A stretch of DNA of 64,000 nt from an uncultured Bdellovibrionales bacterium. GTDB lineage: Bacteria; Bdellovibrionota_C; UBA2361; SZUA-149; CAZDIO01. Location: assembly GCA_964505555.1 (NCBI GenBank), contig CAZDIO010000102.1, positions 13,355 to 77,354 on the forward strand, given 5' to 3'. The position numbers and the translations under genes are program-made. The notes under the pieces were generated by a model. That model was given only the letters and a program-made list of their open reading frames with translations, was not told the origin of the DNA and searched no databases. Below, one piece after another: positions 30,396 to 39,913 of the stretch (position 1 is its first letter; every line of letters begins with the position of its first letter).

Positions 30396-31259
30396 CTACT
30401 GCAGCAACGTCAACGCCAAGGCTGGCTGTTGATTTGCTTGTGCTAATACTGAAGCACTTGCTTGCTGGAGAATATTTAGTCGCGTAAGTTCCGCCGCTTC
30501 GAACGCTACGTCAACGTCACGGATTCGACTTTCTGCAGCGAGGAAGTTTTCTCGAGCCACTTGCAAGTTACTAATCGCCACATTCAGCCGACTCTCGGTA
30601 GAACCCAATGTTCCTCGAGACGCTGTCAAACTTCCGATGGCGAGGTTAATAGCATCAAGAGCTGATCGTGCAGAGATCTGAGATTCATTCGCCGTTGCCG
30701 CCAAGATCGAAAACAACGGTATAGAACTCCCCTCAACTGCCAACCCAATTGATGCCAAGGTAGCAGAAACTGCAGAGTAGGATACCTGTGAGGTAGTCTG
30801 CCCATCAAACCCTACCTGAAACACCGTCTGTGCTCCTCCAGAGAGAAGGTTTACACCGTTAAATTCAGTTGTTAAGGCGATTCGCTCAATTTCGCTTGAG
30901 AGCGCGAGAAACTCTAAATGCAACGCAGAACGTTGGGTGTTACTAAATACACCGTTGGCTGATTGTTCAGCAAGCTCTGCAAGCCTTGTTAATACGTTTC
31001 CGATCTGCTCCATCGCACCGTCAGTAATGGAGATCATCGAAACACCATCGCTTGCGTTTCGTATGGCGACAGTAGCTACTCGAGAATCTGAACGCAGCTG
31101 ATCGGCGATCGCAAGTCCAGCAGCATCGTCTGATGCTTTGGTAATTCGCAAACCGGACGACAACCGCTCATAGGCTTTCTGTAAACGATCCGTTGTTGAA
31201 CTTAAGTTTCTCTGCGCAGTAAGCGAGGAAACGTTAGTCCGTATATTAATTGTACCCAT
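30396..31259 (-). CDS. fliC: Flagellin (short, D0/D1 only)
   Basis: 287 aa. N-terminus NVSSLTAQRNLSSTTDRLQKAYERLSSGLRITKASDDAAGLAIADQL and C-terminus LNILQQASASVLAQANQQPALALTLLQ match the conserved flagellin N- and C-domains. Confidence 0.9.
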   Translation of the reverse strand: MGTINIRTNVSSLTAQRNLSSTTDRLQKAYERLSSGLRITKASDDAAGLAIADQLRSDSRVATVAIRNASDGVSMISITDGAMEQIGNVLTRLAELAEQSANGVFSNTQRSALHLEFLALSSEIERIALTTEFNGVNLLSGGAQTVFQVGFDGQTTSQVSYSAVSATLASIGLAVEGSSIPLFSILAATANESQISARSALDAINLAIGSLTASRGTLGSTESRLNVAISNLQVARENFLAAESRIRDVDVAFEAAELTRLNILQQASASVLAQANQQPALALTLLQ

Positions 31260-31427
31260 TTCTTACCCTCCTTGACACCCTTACACCTCCTCCGAGACCT
31301 CTACTACAACCGATACTGCTCCTAGGAACTCGATCCGTATCCAGCACGGAGATAGGTTTCAGCACTTTTGTGCATGTTAACCAATAAAACGCTCAAGATA
31401 TGTATCGCTAAACTGCTCTGACCAAAC

Positions 31428-31446
31428 AGCTACTACCGTAAGACTA
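31428..31446 (-). promoter_or_regulatory. Candidate sigma-54 (-24/-12) promoter upstream of flagellin
   Basis: On the minus strand, cTGGCACgagaaGTGCTa (TGGCAC-N5-xTGC), about 185 nt upstream of the flagellin ATG. Confidence 0.3.
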
Positions 31447-31485
31447 CTCCTAGCACTTCTCGTGCCAGGTTTTGTGATCAGCGTC

Positions 31486-32490
31486 TTAGGCGATATTTTG
31501 AAATGGAGTTTCCCGTTTGAGTGCGGCTCGAAGTTCTGCAACACGCGTCACATAAGCCCGAGTACTCGCGGGTAAGTGCGGTTCGATGCTTTCAAAGTTT
31601 GTCGGATCTTTTCCTAAACGAAGTGCCTTCGCTTGTGCTTTTGCAACATTTCCTTCACCTGCGTTAAAGGCAGCGATGGCAAGTTTTTCCAAATCGTCGG
31701 CACTTTTAGCCGGCACGGTTTTTAATCCCGGTCTTAAAAATGTTTCTCGACTAAAAATGTCGTGGAGTTTTCGTAAATACCCCACTCCTAAGTGTGCATT
31801 GAGTCGGGGATCAAAGGGATCATAACCTGCAGGCATTTTGTAACGAACAAGCATCTCACTTGCGGTTTGATCCAGAAGCTGAAATAGCCCCTTTGTTTCA
31901 TGACCATCTTTACTCACCACATGTGGCCTCAGTGATGACTCTGCTTTCGCAACCGCAATACTTAGCTCAGGATCTACACCATGGTACTTCCCTGCTGTCT
32001 TAATAATCTCCTTTATATCCTGACGAGAGTAATCGCTATAAGGCTTAATACTTGCTCGATCTGGGTACACCCTCTTAGCGCTTACAAAAAGTGGGGTGAT
32101 CGGCTTTTCTACTTTTTCTACCGCTGATATTTTTTTGACACTCTCGCTCACCGGATTGACACGGAGCGAGGCATGAATAACCCCACTACTTCCACTTCCA
32201 GAAACTGCAGTAGCGTTCTTTATTAAGGGAGGAAGGTCTGCTTCAAGCATACCGTGCTCTTTGGTGTTAAGATTAGAAACTATCTCACCTGAAGGATTTA
32301 TGGAGGGTGTAGCTTGCTTTAAGTCTTCAGAAGGAGTTGATTTTGCAGCACGCTTTTCAATATCTGAAAGGAGCTCAGAGAAATCCTTCTGATTTGAGCC
32401 ATGGGTGGCCGTATCATTACCGGAGCGACCCCTTGGGGAGTCGATCCTGTTTTGATTTTTCTCGTAGCCTACATTAAATATCGTTGTCAT
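31486..32490 (-). CDS. Lytic transglycosylase (SLT domain) with Ser/Pro-rich N-terminal region
   Basis: 334 aa. C-terminal half has the SLT motifs (ES...; GLFQLLDQTA; AYNAG-like AIAAFNAGEGNV). Directly upstream of flagellin on the same strand. Confidence 0.75.
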   Translation of the reverse strand: MTTIFNVGYEKNQNRIDSPRGRSGNDTATHGSNQKDFSELLSDIEKRAAKSTPSEDLKQATPSINPSGEIVSNLNTKEHGMLEADLPPLIKNATAVSGSGSSGVIHASLRVNPVSESVKKISAVEKVEKPITPLFVSAKRVYPDRASIKPYSDYSRQDIKEIIKTAGKYHGVDPELSIAVAKAESSLRPHVVSKDGHETKGLFQLLDQTASEMLVRYKMPAGYDPFDPRLNAHLGVGYLRKLHDIFSRETFLRPGLKTVPAKSADDLEKLAIAAFNAGEGNVAKAQAKALRLGKDPTNFESIEPHLPASTRAYVTRVAELRAALKRETPFQNIA

Positions 32491-32578
32491 CTGAACTAAT
32501 CCTTCACACTACTAGTGGAGTATTAAAGGATAAGCACGATCCATACCAAACACTTCCTACTAAAAAAGGCAGTTTAAT

Positions 32579-33031
32579 ATGTCACATCACACAGCTGCGA
32601 TTTACTGGAAAAGAGCTACCCCCACATTTACCTACGATGCATATAACCGCGATCATGAGTGGCGCTTTGATAACGGAGTAAAAATAGCGGCATCAGCAAC
32701 CCAAGCCTATCGGGGTAATCCCGCTAACATCGATCCTGAAGAGGCGTATGTCGCCTCACTCTCAAGTTGCCACATGCTGACCTTCTTGGCGTTGTGTTCA
32801 AGAGCAAAGTTCGTTGTTGATACGTACGAAGACACCGCCGAAGGATTATTAGAAAAAAACGCCGCAGGAAAATTAGCGATCACCAAAGTTGTTTTGCGAC
32901 CAAAGATCACCTTTAGTGGAGACAAAGTTCCAAATAGTGCGGAACTAGAGAATCTCCATCACCGCTCCCATGAAGAGTGCTTCATTGCAAATTCCGTCAA
33001 CACAGTGGTGAGTGTTGAGGAGGCTAGCTAG
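32579..33031 (+). CDS. OsmC/Ohr-family peroxiredoxin-like protein
   Basis: 150 aa. Conserved Cys-containing segment YVASLSSCHMLTFLALCS. Confidence 0.6.
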   Translation: MSHHTAAIYWKRATPTFTYDAYNRDHEWRFDNGVKIAASATQAYRGNPANIDPEEAYVASLSSCHMLTFLALCSRAKFVVDTYEDTAEGLLEKNAAGKLAITKVVLRPKITFSGDKVPNSAELENLHHRSHEECFIANSVNTVVSVEEAS

Positions 33032-33063
33032 AGTTGCTCTACGTAACTTCTGGTCAATTTGGA

Positions 33064-33126
33064 TTGAACACAGAGTTTCACAGGGTTACACAGAGTAAAG
33101 ATTTTAAAATTCAACTCTGTGTTCAA
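33064..33126. repeat. Family A palindromic repeat, copy A1 (right arm shortened)
   Basis: ttgaacacagagtttcacagggttacacagagt aaagattttaaaattca actctgtgttcaa. The right arm lacks the internal gtaaccctgtgaaactct present in other copies. Confidence 0.8.
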
Positions 33127-33171
33127 ATAAGATCGGAATGACCTTAGAGCTACCTTCATATTTCTTATTCA

Positions 33172-33408
33172 TTATATCCACTCTTTCATCAGTCGTTTGA
33201 TCTGACTCTGATACGGCACATTTTGTAGATCACATTTATGCCGAAACGCAGCAAGAAGGGTCTGGGGAATTTTTATACTAATGAGTTTACTCTTTTCTGG
33301 CCGTTCATTCATGAGCCGAAAATCTTCAAGAAAACGTGCTATTTCATCCGGAGAGAGCTTCTTTGAATGATGAAGATACTCTTTAGAAAAAAACTGAACA
33401 CTTTTCAT
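33172..33408 (-). CDS. BrnA-like ribbon-helix-helix antitoxin-family protein
   Basis: 78 aa. C-terminus ISIKIPQTLLAAFRHKCDLQNVPYQSQIKRLMKEWI resembles the BrnA/CopG-type RHH antitoxin C-terminus. Confidence 0.55.
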   Translation of the reverse strand: MKSVQFFSKEYLHHSKKLSPDEIARFLEDFRLMNERPEKSKLISIKIPQTLLAAFRHKCDLQNVPYQSQIKRLMKEWI

Positions 33409-33414
33409 CTCTTC

Positions 33415-33882
33415 TTACTCTCTACTTAATTCTTGTAGCGCTTCAATATCGGCGAGATCTTGTGGTCGACCCGCTTCTTGTTTCATTCGAATAAGATCTG
33501 ACAATGAAAGAAGGGAGATACTTGTTTGCTGAACCCGAACACGTTTTGTTCTTTGGGTCGAAAGATCATGGGTAATAATGATGTCAACAAGCTCTGCTGG
33601 AGTACGCGGATTTACAAAACTCCATGCAGTAAGGTTTCGATTCTTAATGTACTCCTTTCGAAATTTAAACACCTCTTTGGCGGTGATCGGAAGCTTTGCT
33701 TGAAGGCCGATACTATTTAGCGCCGCTTCCGCCTTTATAAACTGCTCCTCTTCAAAACGAAGAATAATGTCAATGTCGAGCGTTCCTCGTACCGCCCCAT
33801 GAAGAGATACGGCATATCCACCAACAAGTGCATACTTAACGTGGTTCGTATCTAAGGCCTTAATAACGCTTAAAAGAAACAT
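33415..33882 (-). CDS. Nucleotidyltransferase-fold protein (Pol-beta superfamily), putative TA-system partner
   Basis: 155 aa. GGYAVSLHGAVRGTLDIDIIL (GS/GG...D.D NTase signature). 6-nt gap to the downstream RHH gene. Confidence 0.55.
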   Translation of the reverse strand: MFLLSVIKALDTNHVKYALVGGYAVSLHGAVRGTLDIDIILRFEEEQFIKAEAALNSIGLQAKLPITAKEVFKFRKEYIKNRNLTAWSFVNPRTPAELVDIIITHDLSTQRTKRVRVQQTSISLLSLSDLIRMKQEAGRPQDLADIEALQELSRE

Positions 33883-33997
33883 GGTATATACTAGTATATA
33901 CCTAGAGCGTTATTAATACAATGCTTATTTTTTTGCTCCGTTATTTAGTTTAAATCCCATAACAAGGTAGCTGTACGGTATTTCATAAGGGGGTTTT

Positions 33998-34882
33998 ATG
34001 TCACGTTTTGCAGCGCTTCGCGCTATTGCTACGTCTGCGGGGGTAGACGGTCCAGGCACCTATCTTCCAAAAGTAATAGAGAAAATTCCGAGAGATCAAT
34101 TACACCTTCCAAATGCAGCGAGCGTCTCAGATCAAAGCGAACCAAATAATACCGAACAAAAAAGCATCATTGAGTGGAATAAAACCCCTCCTCCTGTTGT
34201 CGCTCAAGAAAACGTAAGAGGGGGTATCGAAATCGGGGCTGGTGAGGATCTTCAAAATCCGCAGGTATCTAATAAAGTCGCCACCGCCCAAAAAGCTTTA
34301 GCTCGTGTAAATGAAGTGCAAAAAGAGATCTGGTCAAATGCCCACCTCTGGAGCTCTCTTCCTAACGTTGATGATTTTAAAGAGAGAAGTTCTCAACAGA
34401 TTCAACAATTAACAAATGGCCTTACTAGTCCTGATCTCAGTGGGGTGTTTGCCGATTTAAATCAATCGGTACAGGAGAAGGCAAATAGGATTGAGCTCCG
34501 TCTAAAACAACTTGGAGTTGATCCAGCTGAGGCCGGTCATTGTAAGGAGCTGTTCTTAACAGTCGATCCGTTAAGTGGCTTTGCTAAAAACCTCCCGCAA
34601 GATAGCGCGGGACTAAAACAACAGTTGTCTCTAATGACCCCTGACTCAAGGCGGCTAGCCCTTCAAGCTTGGGTATCTAAAGAAACTGCAAAAGCACTCG
34701 AGCCAGTTGTGGGAAGGGAAAACTCTGCGCGGATTGAAACGATCTTACATCAACTGAGTTTTGAAGTTGATCGTTCGCTCGGACAGGTAGCAGCAACAAT
34801 TGCAGTTCGTCGAGAGTTTCCTGCTCAGACGCCCCATTTCATAACGAATGACGCGGTAAACCAGATGTGGGGAAAAAAGTAG
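33998..34882 (+). CDS. Hypothetical soluble protein (no TM, no signal peptide, Q/S-rich)
   Basis: 294 aa. RBS-like AGGGGG upstream. No recognisable domain. Confidence 0.45.
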   Translation: MSRFAALRAIATSAGVDGPGTYLPKVIEKIPRDQLHLPNAASVSDQSEPNNTEQKSIIEWNKTPPPVVAQENVRGGIEIGAGEDLQNPQVSNKVATAQKALARVNEVQKEIWSNAHLWSSLPNVDDFKERSSQQIQQLTNGLTSPDLSGVFADLNQSVQEKANRIELRLKQLGVDPAEAGHCKELFLTVDPLSGFAKNLPQDSAGLKQQLSLMTPDSRRLALQAWVSKETAKALEPVVGRENSARIETILHQLSFEVDRSLGQVAATIAVRREFPAQTPHFITNDAVNQMWGKK

Positions 34883-35117
34883 CGCGGGAATGAATAGTAG
34901 TAAACCGGACCGTTTTAAGTTTGCAAGAACTTGTCTTTCTGTCGTTGCGATACCTAAAGTGGAACTGCTCTAGTCACATCTTATGAAAAATCAAAATTAC
35001 TTAATTACAGGAGACACATGTAGATAAAAAACAGCCATAACTATTAATGAAAGTTGATGATGTAAAGGTTACCAGTTACGAAAATTTTCGTAACCATAAT
35101 TTAGTAGGGGGAGATAT

Positions 35118-35306
35118 ATGAGACAGTTAATTAGCGCCTTTGTTCTCTTAAGCATGTTGATAGCGTTTTGTACTTCAAACGCTTTTGCGGCACATATTAG
35201 AGAAGAAACTTATTGCGTAAAGGATCTGGGGTGTTTTTCATGCATGGTGTCAGGCTTTATTGATAATCAGACAGGACGCATCATTGGTGGATGCTATCCT
35301 CTGTAG
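35118..35306 (+). CDS. Small secreted Cys-rich peptide (signal peptide + ~38-aa mature peptide with 5 Cys)
   Basis: MRQLISAFVLLSMLIAFCTSNAFA|AHIREETYCVKDLGCFSCMVSGFIDNQTGRIIGGCYPL. Strong RBS GGGGGAG 6 nt upstream. Confidence 0.45.
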   Translation: MRQLISAFVLLSMLIAFCTSNAFAAHIREETYCVKDLGCFSCMVSGFIDNQTGRIIGGCYPL

Positions 35307-35387
35307 ATTGTCAAAAAGAAAGCGTGTAGCGAACTGCCAAAAAAAACAGCGCCAGCTCTTTGAGGTCGCTGACGTTTCCTGAGATCA

Positions 35388-36614
35388 CTACATCCGAGAA
35401 ACCATTGCCTCAGCAAACCCTGAGCAGGACACCTCGGTCGGTTTCTCCATTCCTCGGGCAAGGTCGTATGTGACGATCCCCTCCCCGATTGTTTTAGCAA
35501 AGGAATCCTCAATAAGTTTTCCAACCTCTGTCCACCCAAGATGCTCAAACATCATCTTCCCAGAGAGCATTAACGAACCGGGGTTGACCTTATCCTTTCC
35601 TGCATACTTCGGAGCAGTACCGTGCGTTGCTTCAAAAATGGAGGCTTCAACACCGATATTTGCTCCCGGTGCAAGACCAAGTCCTCCAACTTGAGCAGCA
35701 AGTGCGTCAGAGAGATAATCTCCATTTAAGTTCGTGGTGGCGATTACTGAATAGTCCTTCGGTCGGGTTTGAACCTGTTGAAACATGTTATCTGCGATAC
35801 AGTCCTTAATGAGGATCTTCCCTGGTGGCACAGCTCCGTTATGATTTTTGTTTACCTCTTCTTCTGAGATCGTAAAGGGAGCAAACTTCTCTTTTGCAAG
35901 TTTATACCCCCACTCACGAAACCCTCCTTCGGTAAACTTCATAATATTACCTTTGTGAACAAGGGTAACACTGGTGCATCTCATCGCCACCGCATACTCA
36001 ATGGCCATCGCAATTAATCTTTTTGAACCAAACTCACTAATCGGTTTAATCCCTATCGCACTCCCCTCTCGAATTTTTTTCCCTGAGATCTCTTCAATAG
36101 TTTGTGCGAGTTTTTTTGCCTCAGCGCTTCCGGCCTGAAATTCAATCCCCGCATAGACATCTTCTGTGTTTTCGCGAAAGACGATCATGTTTACATCTTG
36201 AGGACGTTTTGCTGGACTAGGCACTCCAGGAAAATATCGAATTGGCCGCACACAAGCGTAGAGATCAAGAACTTGACGAAGCGTTACATTAATTGAACGC
36301 ACCCCTCCCCCAACCGGTGTTGTGAGCGGACCTTTGATCGCAACTTTGTGTTCCTTAATGGCTGTTAAGGTATCATCTGGAAGCCAATTCCCGGTTTGAT
36401 TAAAGGATTTCTCTCCTGCAAGAATCTCAACCCAGGTAACTGATCTCTTTCCTTGAAAGGCACGTTTTATTGCAGCATCAAACACCATCTGTGAAGCTCG
36501 CCACACATCGGGTCCAACCCCGTCCCCTTCAATGTATGGGATCAGCACCTGGTCAGGAACTCGCAACTTCCCTCCCTCACCAAGTGTTATTTTCTGTGCG
36601 CTTCCTTCAGCCAT
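35388..36614 (-). CDS. icd: NADP-dependent isocitrate dehydrogenase
   Basis: 408 aa. Conserved IDH blocks: GDGVGPDV; the isocitrate/Mg site [27 protein letters not shown]; GTAPKYAG. Confidence 0.9.
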   Translation of the reverse strand: MAEGSAQKITLGEGGKLRVPDQVLIPYIEGDGVGPDVWRASQMVFDAAIKRAFQGKRSVTWVEILAGEKSFNQTGNWLPDDTLTAIKEHKVAIKGPLTTPVGGGVRSINVTLRQVLDLYACVRPIRYFPGVPSPAKRPQDVNMIVFRENTEDVYAGIEFQAGSAEAKKLAQTIEEISGKKIREGSAIGIKPISEFGSKRLIAMAIEYAVAMRCTSVTLVHKGNIMKFTEGGFREWGYKLAKEKFAPFTISEEEVNKNHNGAVPPGKILIKDCIADNMFQQVQTRPKDYSVIATTNLNGDYLSDALAAQVGGLGLAPGANIGVEASIFEATHGTAPKYAGKDKVNPGSLMLSGKMMFEHLGWTEVGKLIEDSFAKTIGEGIVTYDLARGMEKPTEVSCSGFAEAMVSRM

Positions 36615-36657
36615 GAATTCTCCTTTCCAAGAGCGGTGCTAAGTTTTATCAGCCCCG

Positions 36658-38235
36658 CTAAACGCTACGATTCCTTTCTCGTTTTCTTTTCCAAGTTTCA
36701 AAGTCTACTACCGCAATTTTTTTTGCAAGCTCCTCACGAACACATCCTTCAACCGCTTCATGAAGACTTCTTCGATCAAGAGCGGTTTTTAAGCAGTTCA
36801 TCTTCTTTTCAACCTGATCATAGAGGTTTGAAAGAGACTCAGAAGAGAGTGTTTTTCGATAGCGATCGACTTCGGTAGAGAGGTATTCCTGATACTCTTT
36901 TTTCTCAACTGGATTGGCCTCTCCCCGCCCGCTAGAGATTGGGGCTTTTGGAAAGTCCCGCCCAGTATTTTTAAGGATTTTCTCTTCAAAACTCCGGGGA
37001 ATAATGAATTTATGTGGAGTTTCTACTGCCCGATAGAGAAAACCTACCCGATTTTTTGAGACTTTCGTATCATTTGTTTGCACAAGAAAATCGTAATAGG
37101 AGATGATTTTATCAACTTGTAAAAGTTCTGCGGCGTTTTTTTCACTGAGCAGCCGTTTTGCTTGCGAGAGATGAATGCCTCGCGAAAGCAGAGCTTCAAT
37201 GGCTCCTTGTCGTTGTGATTCTAGATCAGTAGAACTGCGTTGGGAGGAATCTTTTTGAAAAACAGGGGGCGAAGAAAGGATAAAGCTTCCTTGCTGCGTG
37301 TGATTTCTAGGAAGAGGGCTCTCTGTTTGCTGGAGATGTTTTTGAGATACGATCTCTTTTCCGGAATGAAAGCGCACAACGGTCTCTACGCCCCTACCTG
37401 CAAACTCATAACTTGAGAGAAACCCAAGCGCTTTTAACTCCTCGCACGCTGGTTCAATTTGTTGCTTAATCTGGGAGATGTATTGATAACTTCGAGAAAG
37501 TCCTAACTTCTCAAAGGCAAAGGTAACAAGTGGTTTTTCAATACTTGATTTGTAGTAAAAATGCTTATCAAGATACCGGTAGAGCCTTCGACTTACAGCA
37601 CTTCGAAGTGAGAAATAAAGGGTTAAATCAAGCTTTTTTATAAACCCTGATTTAAAAGAATGAAAAAGTGCCTCACTCCAAATAAAATAACTCTTTGAAG
37701 CCTCAGCCCCAGAGAGGGCTTTGTTCCCTCGCCCATCGTTTATTTCGTAGGCATCGATAATTCCGAAATTTCTTGTTTGATAGGCTTTTGAAGCATTATC
37801 AAAAAACGCATTTGCTGCCCGAATTCGAACCCCGCTTAAGCGATCAAGTGATTTTGTAAGGCGGGAGTAGCTTCGCCCTTCTGTGGTCCAGCGTAAGATT
37901 CCTAAAAGCTCATACCGGGTAAAATATACCTTTCGGTTTCGAAACCCTTGATCCATCGTTAACCGCATCAAGCCAAGAAGGACATCATCATCCGTAGCGG
38001 TGGGGAGTCCAAACTTGTCTGCCCCGGTAATAATCCACTGGCGTTCAATCACCTCCCCACTGGGGAGCCGTTGGTTGTCACGAAACTCAAGGGTTTTTAC
38101 CTTTGAGTTTGTGCGTGTCGAGAGAACCGCGAGGGGAAACTCTGCAAGGTTCATCTCATCACGTGAGGTAAGCACTACCTCGGATGAGGAGACTTCACGA
38201 TCTTCGGCTCTTTGTTGGTAGAGGGTTTGCTGCAT
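36658..38235 (-). CDS. Replication-initiator-like (RepA-type) protein
   Basis: 525 aa. N-terminus MNLAEFPLAVLSTR... resembles plasmid replication initiator A family N-termini. Basic C-terminus. Lies next to an AT-rich noncoding region and parAB. Assignment tentative. Confidence 0.4.
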   Translation of the reverse strand: MQQTLYQQRAEDREVSSSEVVLTSRDEMNLAEFPLAVLSTRTNSKVKTLEFRDNQRLPSGEVIERQWIITGADKFGLPTATDDDVLLGLMRLTMDQGFRNRKVYFTRYELLGILRWTTEGRSYSRLTKSLDRLSGVRIRAANAFFDNASKAYQTRNFGIIDAYEINDGRGNKALSGAEASKSYFIWSEALFHSFKSGFIKKLDLTLYFSLRSAVSRRLYRYLDKHFYYKSSIEKPLVTFAFEKLGLSRSYQYISQIKQQIEPACEELKALGFLSSYEFAGRGVETVVRFHSGKEIVSQKHLQQTESPLPRNHTQQGSFILSSPPVFQKDSSQRSSTDLESQRQGAIEALLSRGIHLSQAKRLLSEKNAAELLQVDKIISYYDFLVQTNDTKVSKNRVGFLYRAVETPHKFIIPRSFEEKILKNTGRDFPKAPISSGRGEANPVEKKEYQEYLSTEVDRYRKTLSSESLSNLYDQVEKKMNCLKTALDRRSLHEAVEGCVREELAKKIAVVDFETWKRKRERNRSV

Positions 38236-39130
38236 GAAAAAAAATGAAACAAAAAAATTTTAAATTAACTTCAAGTCGTTTGTTATTTTGGTACAACGTA
38301 CATCATAGTTCTTCAACAAGAAGTTTTTTTATAAGTACGTACGTTAGGAGAGAAATTATTCAATCTTTCTAGTAAGTTAAGCCAGAAAATTTCTTTCGAT
38401 TCCCGAATCTTTTGGGCTCAGATCACGATGGACTTGAAGTCAATTCACTTGAGCACTTATCTCATTTCATGAGATTTTTATTCTCCTGCCTAACTTTCTT
38501 ACTTCGACTCTCGACATTGTGAAACCAAAAGCGCGAGATTTTTATGTAAGGCTCTCTGGAGCCTCTAACATGAGTCAGATAGCCAAACATTCCGGAGAAA
38601 ACGGTAGGTGGTCACGGTCATTAAGTTAGTTCCTGTCCATAAAAGCCAATTTTGAGTCCAAGGTCGATTGAACGGCCACTACTTCTAAACTTACTCTGTG
38701 GTTTTATAAAATCTTCTTTCAGACCCTTAATGACCGTGGGTAAGAAACTCTATTTTAGTAAAGTCTCTTAGTTCATTACTCGAACCCTTATTTCAATACA
38801 CGCCTATTTGACCATTTTTGGTTATTCCATTTCACGAACAGCAGCCAAACAAAAACCACAAGATATTCTAACATATTGAAATTATTAATATAATCAGATA
38901 TTCGTGGTTTAATTGACCTCCAAAGATCGCATTATTCTGGGAATGTTCGAGCTTCGAAATAAGTACTGATCACGTTTATAAGCGAGCTTTTGAAAGATGA
39001 TTATTTCAAAGCACGCTACTTTTTGGCCACTAGGTAGGTTTCTTTACTGTTTGGAAGCTTTAGTTTAAACCAGTTATTGTTTAATTTAACCTCTGCCAAA
39101 ATCTCAACTCTTGAGTAACGAAGCTGTAAG
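38236..39130. other. About 0.9 kb AT-rich noncoding region between the rep-like gene and parA; candidate replication origin / partition site region
   Basis: No ORF over 60 aa. A-tracts present. Contains a 15-bp inverted repeat (gtcacggtcattaag / cttaatgaccgtg about 100 nt apart) and short direct repeats (agatattc ×2). Confidence 0.3.
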
Positions 39131-39913
39131 GTGGCCATGGCAAAAGTCTTTGCAATAGTGAATCAAAAGGGGGGAGTTGGAAAAACTACCACCGCTGCAA
39201 ATTTGGCCGCCGCGCTATCTGAGCGAGGTCAAAAAGTGCTTGTTATTGATCTTGATGCTCAAGCAAATCTCTCTGCTCATTTTGGAAGTTCCGTAGATGA
39301 TCAGAGTGAGCAGCTTACAATGTATGATGTGCTCAGGCACAACGCCCCGATTGAAAAAGCAATAATAAACCTCTCTTCGAACTTAAGTATCGTTCCTGCA
39401 AGCCTCCTACTAAGTGCTGCAGATTTAGAGCTTGGTGGTGTTATCGGTCGTGAGTTACTTCTTAAAAAAGCTCTTCAACCGGTAATTGATGACTATGATT
39501 ACACGATCATTGATTGCCCACCCTCACTGGGGATGCTCTCCCTCAATGGGCTTGTTGCTGCTTCACGAGTTATCGTTCCTGTTCAAAGTGAGTTTTTAGC
39601 CCTTCACGGCGTAAGGCAGCTTCTTGATACGATTGACCAGGTACGAAGTGCCTACAACCCCTTACTTGCTGTGGGTGGAGTTCTTCTCTGTCTTCATGAT
39701 TCAAGAAGGAGACTGGCGCGGAGTGTTGCCGATACGGTGCGCGAATATTTTGGAGATCTTGTTTTTGAAACTGTCATTCGCACAAACGTTGCCCTTGCTG
39801 AAGCACCTGCCCAGGGGGACTCAATTTTTCAATACGACCGCCGCTCAAGCGGTGCTGAAGATTATGCTAGCCTTGCAGAGGAGATACTAAGCCGTGGCAA
39901 AAAAGAAGGTTAA
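39131..39913 (+). CDS. parA: ParA/Soj-family partition ATPase
   Basis: 260 aa. Deviant Walker A NQKGGVGKTTT. Confidence 0.9.
   Translation: MAMAKVFAIVNQKGGVGKTTTAANLAAALSERGQKVLVIDLDAQANLSAHFGSSVDDQSEQLTMYDVLRHNAPIEKAIINLSSNLSIVPASLLLSAADLELGGVIGRELLLKKALQPVIDDYDYTIIDCPPSLGMLSLNGLVAASRVIVPVQSEFLALHGVRQLLDTIDQVRSAYNPLLAVGGVLLCLHDSRRRLARSVADTVREYFGDLVFETVIRTNVALAEAPAQGDSIFQYDRRSSGAEDYASLAEEILSRGKKEG

Noticed and set aside
38580-38730. Inverted repeat gtcacggtcattaag … cttaatgaccgtg in the AT-rich gap as a possible structured ncRNA (tmRNA/RNase P/6S)
   Set aside because: No match to the conserved 5'/3' ends or core motifs of those RNAs that I can recognise by eye. It is kept only as part of the candidate origin region.
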